IMG/VR virus record: IMGVR_UViG_3300003323_000065
Coordinates: 1-47,956 of that record
Length of the DNA: 47,956 nt
Origin: a virus
Direction: 5' to 3' (one strand)
Each line of letters starts with the position of its first letter. The first letter of the stretch is position 1. The notes under the pieces were generated by a model. That model made no database searches and was not told the DNA's origin. It was given only the letters and a program-made list of their open reading frames with translations. Of this stretch, positions 26,097 through 33,807 are shown in pieces. The position numbers and the translations under genes were made by a program.

Positions 26097-26182
26097 TGGC
26101 GGACCTACACTGAATCGAACAGTTATCTATTACTAGATAGCCTGGCTTTCAAGGCCAGTTTGCACCCTGTGCGCGTAGACCC
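26097..26182 (-). tRNA. tRNA-Ser (anticodon TGA), type II with compact D-arm
   Basis: GGGTCTA..CTGGC-CTTGAAA-GCCAG, variable arm TATCTA-GTAA-TAGATA, ACTG-TTCGATT-CAGT, TAGGTCC-G-CCA. Confidence 0.75.
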
Positions 26183-26883
26183 TAAATGCTGTTTGTAGTG
26201 GAGGCCGTAGGTGATCCCGGCTTTGTATGCGCGAACGGTATCGCCACTTGCATACACGCTGTGCTTTCAGCCGTCACTACCAATCACCACTTGGCATTCT
26301 CCACTACAAACAACACTTCAAATGAGCTATCGGCTGACCTTTTCACCGGCCGGTGCGCTACCGTCCCATCACGTTCAAGTGGCCGCTAAGCCGATCTATC
26401 TTCGCTGAGAACTCACTAAAAAGGTCATGCGATAACTCACTAAACAGCTAATGGATCAAACCTGGCCTCGGGACTCAAACCCGCTTGGTTTAAAGGATGT
26501 GCCTCACCAAGTTTGATTCACTAGCTATCTACTTCCCCCGCCAGCAGCCCTAAGCATCTAGAGCCACTGGCGGGTCACTTCACGATACACGTTGGCGCAT
26601 GTACCGTCTAGATGGCGTTATGGTTCCAAAATCTCCAACTCCATCCCTCAGCCTCGATTACGTCGCTACTCGCCTAGATCACGCTGCGGAGACGCCCGAA
26701 GGCTACACGACGCTCTAGGTGCCGCTGTTGTTTCGTCAAGCCAAGACCTGCGGCTGCTCGACTTCGCATGTATCCGGACTACCGGGGCTCTGCGCTCGCC
26801 TACAATCTATGGATGTAATCTTACTCTCACTGGAATCCTATGCAACATCCTACATAGGACTCAGCGGATCATCTATGGAACGA
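26183..26883. other. ORF-free, stem-dense region upstream of the tRNA cluster
   Basis: No minus-strand ORF of 60 aa or more; only junk-like plus-strand ORFs; many perfect 6-13 bp stems. Confidence 0.6.
26191..26311 (-). ncRNA. 121-nt multi-branched structured RNA domain closed by a 13-bp perfect stem
   Basis: gtttgtagtggag (26191..26203) pairs with ctccactacaaac (26299..26311). Four internal hairpins: CCAA/TTGG, ACGgCTG/CAGCGT, GTATGC[GCGA..TCGC]GCATAC, GCCG/CGGC. Ends 8 nt 5' of tRNA-Ser. Confidence 0.45.
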
Positions 26884-27195
26884 TCACTCTTCTTCGTCGC
26901 TTTCTTCTTCATCCAACTCATCCATATCAAAATAATCGAATGGATTAATGCCATTGGACAAATCATGCTCGCAGACAACATGGACAACTGAAGGATCTGA
27001 GGAAACCAATGTGAGATTACTTTCGCTCAGAGTTACACTAATTTCAGAATGCTTGCCAAGAACATCATGAAAATAAACTTCCTTCTCTTTGGCAATCGCC
27101 TTTTCAACATCTTCACTATTGGCAACAAATAGACCACTCAAGTCACCCATCCGACCGCAGTCAATGTAGAACTTATATACTCCATCCATATTCAA
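26884..27195 (-). CDS. hypothetical protein with poly-acidic C-terminus
   Basis: 103 aa ending DYFDMDELDEEESDEEE. Confidence 0.55.
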   Translation of the reverse strand: MNMDGVYKFYIDCGRMGDLSGLFVANSEDVEKAIAKEKEVYFHDVLGKHSEISVTLSESNLTLVSSDPSVVHVVCEHDLSNGINPFDYFDMDELDEEESDEEE

Positions 27196-27205
27196 TCCTC
27201 ACAAG

Positions 27206-27613
27206 TTAAAGGGATTTTCCGCCAGCCTTAGCTCGATTCTCAGGCTTATGGTCCTGACGCTGCTGATTGTATTCCAGCTTGGCTAGGATCGCAGGGCCGA
27301 TATTTAGCTTCAGTGCGCCAGCCAGGTCAAGAATACGGATGATCGTATCTGCAAACTCAACCTCGATCATAGGCCGATCCGTCAAGTGATCGTCATTCAG
27401 TCCCTTGCGGAATCCCTCTAGTGCCTCCGACACCTCCGAATGCACTAGCGCGATCTTCCCTGCGATGAAGTGCTTACGGCTAACCTCATCCATAGCGTCG
27501 TACTCATCCCACCAACCGGACTGGCGAGCCAGCCGGTGGCAGAGTGATTGCAGGCAGACCATGCCAGCGTTGGCAATAGCCTTGGCAGCCTCGCCAATCA
27601 CAGCATTACTCAT
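27206..27613 (-). CDS. MazG-like nucleoside triphosphate pyrophosphohydrolase
   Basis: KIALVHSEVSEALEGFRKG ... EVEFADTIIRILDLAG matches the all-alpha NTP-PPase EEXXE/D pattern. Confidence 0.75.
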   Translation of the reverse strand: MSNAVIGEAAKAIANAGMVCLQSLCHRLARQSGWWDEYDAMDEVSRKHFIAGKIALVHSEVSEALEGFRKGLNDDHLTDRPMIEVEFADTIIRILDLAGALKLNIGPAILAKLEYNQQRQDHKPENRAKAGGKSL

Positions 27614-28025
27614 CGTCGCTCACCACTCGGCCAGCGTCAGGGTCGGCATCTGCTACTTGGACGTGATCTTCACTCTGTCCAAGTTCACCATTCTCAAACT
27701 TACTAGTAGTTTCCTCATCAGGAACATACGGCTTCTCAATCTCCGGCAGAACCTGGCCTTCAGCCTTGTCCAGACTCAGCACAATCTCAGTGCCATTGCC
27801 CGAGCCTGTGATTCCGGTCAGCCGGTAGCCGAATCCGCCCAGCACGTTCACTAGGGCATCGGAGCTAATCTTGGCTACGTCGCCTCGCAGGATTTGGCTA
27901 AGGCGGCTGTACTGCACGCCTGCGGCCTCTGCGGCATCCTTAGCCTTCAGGCCATTGGAGGCAACGTGGTTCTTGATAGCTGCGGCAAGCGCGTTGCGCA
28001 GCGTGGTTGCGTTGGTGTCGGTCAT
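27606..28025 (-). CDS. XRE-family HTH DNA-binding protein with acidic C-terminal half
   Basis: GLKAKDAAEAAGVQYSRLSQILRGD is a Cro/C1-type HTH. Confidence 0.7.
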   Translation of the reverse strand: MTDTNATTLRNALAAAIKNHVASNGLKAKDAAEAAGVQYSRLSQILRGDVAKISSDALVNVLGGFGYRLTGITGSGNGTEIVLSLDKAEGQVLPEIEKPYVPDEETTSKFENGELGQSEDHVQVADADPDAGRVVSDDE

Positions 28026-28034
28026 GTTGATCCC

Positions 28035-28238
28035 TTAGTTTAGTTCGATCTTGATTTCCTGAAGATCAAAATCATCCTCAAGTCCATCATATGCTTCACG
28101 GAAAGCAGCACCCAAAGTTGGGACTGCCCATCCAACTTGCTTTCCACTTGCTGCGTACTCAGCATCCTCAAGCTCATCTGTAATGTAACCCTCAGTTCGG
28201 GTTTCATTCCAGACAATATAGTAAGTCTTACCCATCAC
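28035..28238 (-). CDS. hypothetical protein
   Basis: 67-aa ORF, coupled. Confidence 0.5.
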   Translation of the reverse strand: MMGKTYYIVWNETRTEGYITDELEDAEYAASGKQVGWAVPTLGAAFREAYDGLEDDFDLQEIKIELN

Positions 28239-28441
28239 CTGCCCCTCTTCCGTCGTTGGATTTCACGCTTCATCATCTCAGCCTCGGCAGCGAAGTCTCT
28301 TGCCTCTTGCATGACCTCGCTTACATCGTAGCCTTGGCGGTGACACTCAAATACCGATCTAGCCAATTCCCTGCTTAGTGCCATGACGATAGGTAGCTCT
28401 TCGTCTGTGTATTGGCTAAACCTTGGACCTTTCATGTTCAA
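28235..28441 (-). CDS. hypothetical protein
   Basis: 68-aa ORF, coupled. Confidence 0.5.
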   Translation of the reverse strand: MNMKGPRFSQYTDEELPIVMALSRELARSVFECHRQGYDVSEVMQEARDFAAEAEMMKREIQRRKRGR

Positions 28442-28607
28442 TCAATTTCTCAAGGTATACAGCCAGGTCCATTGCCTCTTCCTGCGCATGGATCAGCCAA
28501 TCTAGGCGCGATAGGTCCGTGCGCTCCATCGTTACGCCGTACTTGCTTAACCCAGCTAGAGCGCGAGTCTTTAGCTTTCTAGCTACAGCATCCTCTACCC
28601 TGCTCAC
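28416..28607 (-). CDS. hypothetical protein (63 aa from GTG 28607)
   Basis: GAGGTGGA SD; GTGA overlap with the upstream stop; SKYGVTMERTDLSRLDWLIHAQEEAMDLAVYL. Confidence 0.5.
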   Translation of the reverse strand: MSRVEDAVARKLKTRALAGLSKYGVTMERTDLSRLDWLIHAQEEAMDLAVYLEKLIEHERSKV

Positions 28608-28930
28608 GACAAATCCACCTCTCTGCACTCGTAGCGGCCATTTGCCTTCTTGGACCATCCGTGCACAAATACTAGCATGCCTGACTCACGAATTGCACCG
28701 ATATGCTCACTTTCTGCAATCTTTTTGATGCGAGCAGAAACATTTGATGCGCTAGTCACCTGGACTAGCATGATTTCGTCTCGGCGGATAGCTAGCAGGT
28801 CGCCGATGTTCCACAAATCATGGCGGCGGAACACTCCACGGAAGTTTGATGACCGCTCAACCACGGCAACCGTATAACCGCGTGATCGCAGTAGCTCTAG
28901 GCTTCGCTGTGTCGGGGTTTTAGTCGCCAA
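28604..28930 (-). CDS. PD-(D/E)XK nuclease, Hjc-like Holliday junction resolvase candidate
   Basis: 108 aa; GDLLAI..IMLVQVTS pattern resembles D..(E/Q)VK resolvase cores. Confidence 0.5.
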   Translation of the reverse strand: MATKTPTQRSLELLRSRGYTVAVVERSSNFRGVFRRHDLWNIGDLLAIRRDEIMLVQVTSASNVSARIKKIAESEHIGAIRESGMLVFVHGWSKKANGRYECREVDLS

Positions 28931-29444
28931 TGCTCTTCCTCAAAACCACATCAGGATTAAAGGTGTGAAGGCCCTCTTTTGCCATCCGGAGAGCATGTAC
29001 AGCGTCATCTAAAAGTTCAAATCTACCTATATATCTATACTGCTTTTTTACTTTCATTGAAACTTCATACTTCCCCCTTTTAAAACATATTCCTATAAAC
29101 CCAGACTTGTTATTAGATCCAATCCCTCTGTTCTGCCCGTTCTCTTCGGTAGTACATTCCCTAAGATTTTCAATCCTGTTGTTCCTTGGATTTCCATCTA
29201 TATGATCTACCCCATCTTTAGGCCATGACCTTTTATGAAGAAGCCAAACTAGCCTATGTCTTTGGACCTTTGTCTTAAAGCACCTGACTCTTTGCCATTT
29301 GGATTTTTTGTCATACCCAAGTATTGACCATTTCCCTGCTTTTAATTTCCAAAGAACATCATTAGACCCATCGTGCCTGAAAATCGCGTAAGCATCTTCA
29401 TAAGTTATATATGATTCTATTTCTTGCTTTTGTAAATTATTCAT
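28920..29444 (-). CDS. HNH homing endonuclease with AP2 domain
   Basis: HRLVWLL..VDHIDGNPRNNRIENLRECT..ENGQN then SGFIGICFKRGKYEVSMK..IGRFELLDDAVHA; AT-rich. Confidence 0.85.
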   Translation of the reverse strand: MNNLQKQEIESYITYEDAYAIFRHDGSNDVLWKLKAGKWSILGYDKKSKWQRVRCFKTKVQRHRLVWLLHKRSWPKDGVDHIDGNPRNNRIENLRECTTEENGQNRGIGSNNKSGFIGICFKRGKYEVSMKVKKQYRYIGRFELLDDAVHALRMAKEGLHTFNPDVVLRKSIGD

Positions 29445-29489
29445 AGCAAATGAACCAGGTTCCGGCTTGGTAGGCTTGCTGCTTAGGAG

Positions 29490-29678
29490 TCATTGTTCAT
29501 ATTCAATAATAATCAAAAGACGCCTAGCAAAATAAACCTCTCCATGGTCAATGCCCATGTTGTAAGCGTCATCGATGTTGCCACCAGCATAATCATCGAT
29601 CATGAAATCATCTTCATCTGCGCAAATGTCACTAGATGCAATTTCACGGATTTTATCAATCAATTTACTCATATCCAT
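29490..29678 (-). CDS. small acidic protein
   Basis: 62 aa, DEDDFMIDDYAGGNIDDAYNMGIDHGE. Confidence 0.5.
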   Translation of the reverse strand: MDMSKLIDKIREIASSDICADEDDFMIDDYAGGNIDDAYNMGIDHGEVYFARRLLIIIEYEQ

Positions 29679-30054
29679 CTCCTAGTAGTTGATTCTGTCG
29701 TTCCCACAATTCCTGTTCGCTCCCATAGGCCCTAGCGAACGTCTTGCCACCATCCATCAAGCTTGGTCCGTACTCAGCAACCATTTCCTTTGGCGTCATG
29801 CCTTCCAGCGGCACTCGGCGATGATGCCATGCACAAAGAGCGTACCCGTACATATGCCCGATCCGGATGTTTCCAGACTTCATGTGCTGGTAATCGCATC
29901 CCTCTTCATCGCAGCAAGCTAGACCGCTATCGCGCCTAACCTCGCATGCCATGCACGGACCTTCCTTGCTCGCTACGATCCGCTCAGCCTCAATCTTATT
30001 TGGGGTGCTAGTGGAACGCCCTCGCTTCACTTCTTCATGCCGAGGCTGACCCAC
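29665..30054 (-). CDS. Ref-like (RecA-dependent) HNH-family nuclease candidate
   Basis: CMAC..CDYQHMKSGNIRIGHM..ALCAWHHR resembles the P1 Ref nuclease motif; GTG start. Confidence 0.5.
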   Translation of the reverse strand: MGQPRHEEVKRGRSTSTPNKIEAERIVASKEGPCMACEVRRDSGLACCDEEGCDYQHMKSGNIRIGHMYGYALCAWHHRRVPLEGMTPKEMVAEYGPSLMDGGKTFARAYGSEQELWERQNQLLGDGYE

Positions 30055-30167
30055 ATAGCCAGAACCCAGCCTCCTATAACAGCGCCGAACTCAGGAGCCT
30101 GCGAGACATACTTGAGGAACAGGTAGCCTAGCAGGAATGCGATAACCTCAAACAATCCACGAATCAT
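30027..30167 (-). CDS. small membrane protein (46 aa)
   Basis: MIRGLFEVIAFLLGYLFLKYV...GGWVLAMWVSLGMKK; ATGA coupling with the upstream stop. Confidence 0.4.
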   Translation of the reverse strand: MIRGLFEVIAFLLGYLFLKYVSQAPEFGAVIGGWVLAMWVSLGMKK

Positions 30168-30358
30168 CCCATCACCTTCTCTTTGTGATAGCTGCCGCTC
30201 TGGAAACCGTAGTCGAACGCCTGGCGATCAATCTCATCCTCATACGGGTTTCGGTAAAGCATCCCCATAAGCGCCTGAGACGTTCCTTCATTCATGATGA
30301 TGGAATACTTGGAGCCGATCTTGGGAATCTTGAAGTCTACTGACACAGCGCTCTCCAC
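30164..30358 (-). CDS. hypothetical protein
   Basis: 64 aa, GTG start with GAGG SD. Confidence 0.5.
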   Translation of the reverse strand: MESAVSVDFKIPKIGSKYSIIMNEGTSQALMGMLYRNPYEDEIDRQAFDYGFQSGSYHKEKVMG

Positions 30359-30507
30359 TTCTCTACCTCTCTTTCGTAGTAATTGATGCGGTCCTGCTTA
30401 ACTATCCCAAAAAAGTTAGGATCAACCTTTGCAACTTCTAGCTGATTTAGCGAATATACTAGCATCAATTGGTGGTTAACCCAATCCTCTTGCTGCTCAA
30501 CATTCAT
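30337..30507 (-). CDS. hypothetical small protein (56 aa)
   Basis: MNVEQQEDWVNHQLMLVYSLNQ...; start overlaps the HNH stop. Confidence 0.4.
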   Translation of the reverse strand: MNVEQQEDWVNHQLMLVYSLNQLEVAKVDPNFFGIVKQDRINYYEREVEKWRALCQ

Positions 30508-31054
30508 TCAAGTCACCTATAATTTCGTCTAAGTAATACTTTTCTTTAAGCTCTTTCTTTTCAATCAATGGATGTAGCGCCATTTTCGCCAAAATATAGG
30601 ATTTCGCTGCTTCTTTCTCTTCCAAAAATGTTCCTAGATGATATTTCTTTCCCTCCTTTGAAATGCTTGCAACCCATCTAGACCTTAGGTTTACCCAATA
30701 AACTCCTTTGTATTTTGATTGCTTAGTTTTTGCTTTACTTTTTTTAGATGAATTCTGCCCGTTCTCAGACTTAGTAACTACCCTTAAGTTTTCTATTTTG
30801 TTATTAGTTTTATCTCTATCAATATGATCTATATAGCCACTAGGCCAAACAGAGTGAATATAAAACCACGCAAGCCTGTGTGCTAAGTAAAGCTTATTTC
30901 TTATGTTTACAACGATATAGCCTTTTGCGTTAATAGACCCAGCTATAGCCCCAGTCTTTACCTTCTTTGAGTTTTTCCAGTAAAATTTTCCTGACAGTTT
31001 ATCGTAATCAAGCAAAAACTTTACTTCGGATAAAGTCAAATCACTTTTCAACAC
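30497..31054 (-). CDS. HNH homing endonuclease with AP2 domain
   Basis: AHRLAWFY..IDHIDRDKTNNKIENLRVVTKSENGQN then YKGVYWVNLRSRWVASI..LGTFLEEKEAAKSY; hand count 22/60 GC at 30601..30660. Confidence 0.85.
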   Translation of the reverse strand: MLKSDLTLSEVKFLLDYDKLSGKFYWKNSKKVKTGAIAGSINAKGYIVVNIRNKLYLAHRLAWFYIHSVWPSGYIDHIDRDKTNNKIENLRVVTKSENGQNSSKKSKAKTKQSKYKGVYWVNLRSRWVASISKEGKKYHLGTFLEEKEAAKSYILAKMALHPLIEKKELKEKYYLDEIIGDLNEC

Positions 31055-31481
31055 CGTATTCCTTCTGAGGGTCGGGAATTATGATTCCGTGTCTCGCCCC
31101 TACACGCTGAATCCAATTTACGTATCTCCAGAATTCCTCACCACTGATTACGTCGCGGTTACCCTCTGCATCCTTAGTAGTGGTTCGTATGGGAGACTCA
31201 GTCACTCGACCACCAGGAAGCTTCTTAGATTTCCAGCCCCAAAAGCAACCACACAGATATTCGCTGATTTCATCAGGCTCAAAACCCATAGCCTCAGACA
31301 GCATTTTATATGGTACGCCGTGCAGATAGCGAAGCTCCGGAATGCTGCGCTCAGGTCGAGCAATCGTGAACTTGACGTTGACCGGCTTTCCTGGCTGAAA
31401 CGTGTTGCACAGCATCACGATGCGCTCAATCTCGCGCTCACGGTTCTTAGGCGGGATCGTAATTACGTTGTGCGCGCTCAC
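31041..31481 (-). CDS. NinB/Orf-like recombination protein (tentative)
   Basis: 146 aa, same length as lambda NinB; ERSIPELRYLHG loosely resembles NRSLDQNRKLWA. Confidence 0.3.
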   Translation of the reverse strand: MSAHNVITIPPKNREREIERIVMLCNTFQPGKPVNVKFTIARPERSIPELRYLHGVPYKMLSEAMGFEPDEISEYLCGCFWGWKSKKLPGGRVTESPIRTTTKDAEGNRDVISGEEFWRYVNWIQRVGARHGIIIPDPQKEYGVEK

Positions 31482-32190
31482 TTAGAATCTCCCATGCGCT
31501 CGCAGCAGTGATTGAACATTGTCCATTGCCAATGGCTTTAAGTCGCTCCAACCTATAGGCCACGCCATCATCCACTCCGTCCGGCATGGGTTGATCTTTC
31601 CACCAAGAACTGCGGCAAGCGTAGGCGTATTCCTTGCGTACTCTGCTGGATATGCTCCTTCCTTCGCGTTGTGCGCTGTCGGTGTAGGCAAATATCCAGA
31701 GCCTCTCTCGTACATGGTCTGCGCCGGCTGCGGCTGCTGAAATAACTCCCCATTCCGCATTGAACCCCATTTCGGCCAAGTCCCCGAGAACTTTTCCAAG
31801 GTATCCGAGGGAAATAAGCCGAGGCACGTTCTCCAGGAGGCAGAACTTTGGTCGTACTTGGCGAATGACTTCTCTTGTTGAAGGCCATCGGTCCTTTGGA
31901 TCGTTTTCTCCAAGCTGCTTTCCGGCTGAGCTGTATGGCTGGCATGGGAATCCGCCACTGACAACATCAACCAATCCTTGATAGCTTGAGGCGTAACCTT
32001 GTTCGATCCAAGCTGAAATATCACCTTGGAAGATTGGTGCATCTGAGAGAAGCCCATCTTTAATCCTCTGCTCAAGAACCCTTGCACAATATTCATTCCA
32101 TTCAACATATCCAACGCAATCCATCCCTAGTAGATGATGAAACGCTAATTCACCACCTCCCGCGCCACTAAATAGGCTTAGATATCTCAT
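31447..32190 (-). CDS. DNA (cytosine-5)-methyltransferase, compact
   Basis: Motifs FSGAGGG (I), GFPCQPYS (IV), ENV (VI), RERLWIFA (VIII), GNGQ (X). ATG at 32190 with AAGGAGAGG SD. Confidence 0.85.
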   Translation of the reverse strand: MRYLSLFSGAGGGELAFHHLLGMDCVGYVEWNEYCARVLEQRIKDGLLSDAPIFQGDISAWIEQGYASSYQGLVDVVSGGFPCQPYSSAGKQLGENDPKDRWPSTREVIRQVRPKFCLLENVPRLISLGYLGKVLGDLAEMGFNAEWGVISAAAAGADHVRERLWIFAYTDSAQREGRSISSRVRKEYAYACRSSWWKDQPMPDGVDDGVAYRLERLKAIGNGQCSITAASAWEILSERAQRNYDPA

Positions 32191-32629
32191 GCCTCTCCTT
32201 TTCATGCGGACACACCCCAAAAAATGCCCTGCCCATGTTGCAGTTAAAACACATTAGCCGCAGTGAGTCTGGGAATCCATTTTTTACGGCCCATGCATAA
32301 ACATTTGATTGCCCAACTTGTCGTCTATGCTCTGCGCCATCATTATTAACATGATCCAATGACATGAACTCAGGCCTATGCTCACCACAGCAACAGCAAA
32401 CTCCACCGTAAGCCTTTAATACCTGTTCCTTTCTTCTCTGTTTTGCGTTCTTTTCAACTCTTATAGAGGCACCGCAGCACTTTCTGCTACAAAACTTTCT
32501 TTTCTCAAAGTTTTGACAAGGGCCTCTTGAGTAATGCTTTTGAAAAAAAGTAACCCCACACGTAAGGCAAACTTTGCTTCCGAGCTGCTTTCTTGGAGGA
32601 GCCATATCGACATAATCTAAATTGCTCAA
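32168..32629 (-). CDS. HNH-family endonuclease with N-terminal zinc-ribbon region
   Basis: Multiple CxxC pairs; SLDHVNNDG...MCFNCN. Confidence 0.65.
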   Translation of the reverse strand: MSNLDYVDMAPPRKQLGSKVCLTCGVTFFQKHYSRGPCQNFEKRKFCSRKCCGASIRVEKNAKQRRKEQVLKAYGGVCCCCGEHRPEFMSLDHVNNDGAEHRRQVGQSNVYAWAVKNGFPDSLRLMCFNCNMGRAFFGVCPHEKERHEISKPI

Positions 32630-32668
32630 TGAAATTAGATCATATCGAAATTAATAGGCGTCATCAAG

Positions 32669-32872
32669 TCATGTCGTTCCAACATAGAACAGACGCACCA
32701 CCACAACCACAAGGCACCCGATCACAGCCCAGGTCACAATGCGATCTTTGATCCGCTGGCTACGCGCCTTCCGATCCAGAACGCGCCGCCACATCTCAGC
32801 CCGCTCAACGTCAGCCTGAGTCTGCTGGCGAATGTCGGTGTACCTGTCTACGTGGCGGTTAGAACGACTCAT
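32669..32872 (-). CDS. small tail-anchored membrane protein
   Basis: C-terminal TM segment IVTWAVIGCLVVVVVRLFYV. Confidence 0.5.
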   Translation of the reverse strand: MSRSNRHVDRYTDIRQQTQADVERAEMWRRVLDRKARSQRIKDRIVTWAVIGCLVVVVVRLFYVGTT

Positions 32873-32907
32873 CTCATCTCTCCGTTAGGCCGTTGCCCGA
32901 TGTGGCT

Positions 32908-32972
32908 AGATTGCCACTATCCTATCTGTCGATCAACATCACCGATAGAACGATCGTCTTCATGGATGGAAC
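32908..32972 (-). promoter_or_regulatory. conserved promoter/operator module, copy 3
   Basis: Minus strand GTTCCATC-13 nt-GTTCTATC-ggtgatg-TTGATC-17 nt-CAATCTAGCC; overlaps the 3' end of ORF 32917..33108. Confidence 0.55.
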
Positions 32973-33108
32973 GATGAAGTCTAGCCGCATCCGCCATGAT
33001 CCGATCCCCGTTCACCTTGGCCGTCTGCCGAACATCCACCGGCACGCTATTGCCGCTGGTGAACCAGGCTACTAGCTCGCGTGCTACTGCTTTCGTGTCT
33101 GCGTTCAC
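32917..33108 (-). CDS. hypothetical protein
   Basis: 63-aa ORF; its 3' end overlaps the promoter module, so the coding status of the tail is uncertain. Confidence 0.4.
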   Translation of the reverse strand: MNADTKAVARELVAWFTSGNSVPVDVRQTAKVNGDRIMADAARLHRSIHEDDRSIGDVDRQIG

Positions 33109-33302
33109 AGTGACACCACCTTATCGCTGATCGGCCAGCCGCGCCAGCCGTTGAATGCCCATGGGAGTCGATCCTTTGCCAGTGGCCTCGGCCTAGCTAG
33201 ACGGACCTTGATTACCTTTTCCTTGTAGCCGACTGCCAATGCAATCTCGCTTACGCTGCATCCCTCTCGGTGGAGAAGTCGGATCGTTTCAGACTTGCTC
33301 AA
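33105..33302 (-). CDS. small HTH DNA-binding protein
   Basis: TTG at 33302 preceded by AAGGAG; SKSETIRLLHREGCSVSEIALAVGY is an HTH. Confidence 0.55.
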   Translation of the reverse strand: MSKSETIRLLHREGCSVSEIALAVGYKEKVIKVRLARPRPLAKDRLPWAFNGWRGWPISDKVVSL

Positions 33303-33807
33303 TGCTCGACTCCTTAATGAACGTAATCCAATGAGTGCCCATTCGCTTTCCTGAAGAATGCCCAAAGAGTGCGCTATGTGGCGTTAGAGCCAAAACCTCC
33401 TTGGTGGCAATCTGAACCTCTGACCACTTGAAAATTAGTACGCCGTTTGGCTTAAGCACACGGAAGCATTCTGAAAATCCCTGACGCAGTTCCTCACGCC
33501 AATCTCCAACCAACTTCCCGTATTTTGCAGCAAGCCAGCTATTTTGGCCAGCGTGGACCAAATGTGGCGGATCAAAAACAACCAGCGGAAACGATTCATC
33601 ATCGAAAGGCATACTGGTGAAGTCCATTAGCGTGTCAGGAGCAATTGACAGAACTCGCTTGCCAGAGTGGTTGCCCTTAGAGTTATCTGTAACCACAATA
33701 GTCTCAGACCTCTTGTCTCCGAAGAGGCAACGTTGGTCGTGAGAATTGAACCACATCATCCGGCTCCCGCAGCACGGGTCTAGGACCAACTTTTCATTCA
33801 CTTCCAT
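33289..33807 (-). CDS. SAM-dependent DNA methyltransferase (N6-A or N4-C type)
   Basis: VLDPCCGS (motif I) and VVFDPPH (motif IV, DPPY-like). Confidence 0.65.
   Translation of the reverse strand: MEVNEKLVLDPCCGSRMMWFNSHDQRCLFGDKRSETIVVTDNSKGNHSGKRVLSIAPDTLMDFTSMPFDDESFPLVVFDPPHLVHAGQNSWLAAKYGKLVGDWREELRQGFSECFRVLKPNGVLIFKWSEVQIATKEVLALTPHSALFGHSSGKRMGTHWITFIKESSIEQV

Noticed and set aside
25948-26136. 62-aa plus-strand ORF
   Set aside because: It lies on top of tRNA-Gly and tRNA-Ser sequences on the opposite strand and is an artefact of the ORF scan. The same applies to 26186..26408 and 26592..26991 in the ncRNA region.
26410-26444. Two direct 11-mers, AACTCACTAAA, 24 nt apart on the plus strand, resembling the T3/T7 promoter core (CTCACTAAAG / ACTCACTATAG)
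   Set aside because: The genome encodes no single-subunit RNA polymerase, the initiating GGG is missing, and the orientation opposes all local genes. It is most likely a chance or structural repeat within the ncRNA region. It is worth a motif scan only.
26461-26545. T-arm-like element (GCGGG-TTTGAGT-CCCGA) with an extended CTTGGT..ACCAAG stem as a possible tRNA with an insertion
   Set aside because: The acceptor pairing is only 5 bp and would start with C1. The would-be anticodon stem encloses 16 nt. I cannot fold it into a cloverleaf by hand, so it is kept only as part of the structured-region finding.
27606-28025. XRE-family protein as evidence of a lysogeny module
   Set aside because: I could recognise no integrase, excisionase or divergent cro-like partner adjacent to it. 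An HTH protein alone does not support a temperate lifestyle.
31482-32114. 210-aa alternative-frame minus-strand ORF inside the C5-methyltransferase gene
   Set aside because: The other frame carries all the canonical C5-MTase motifs (FxGxG, PCQ, ENV, RxR, GNG); this frame has no recognisable features.
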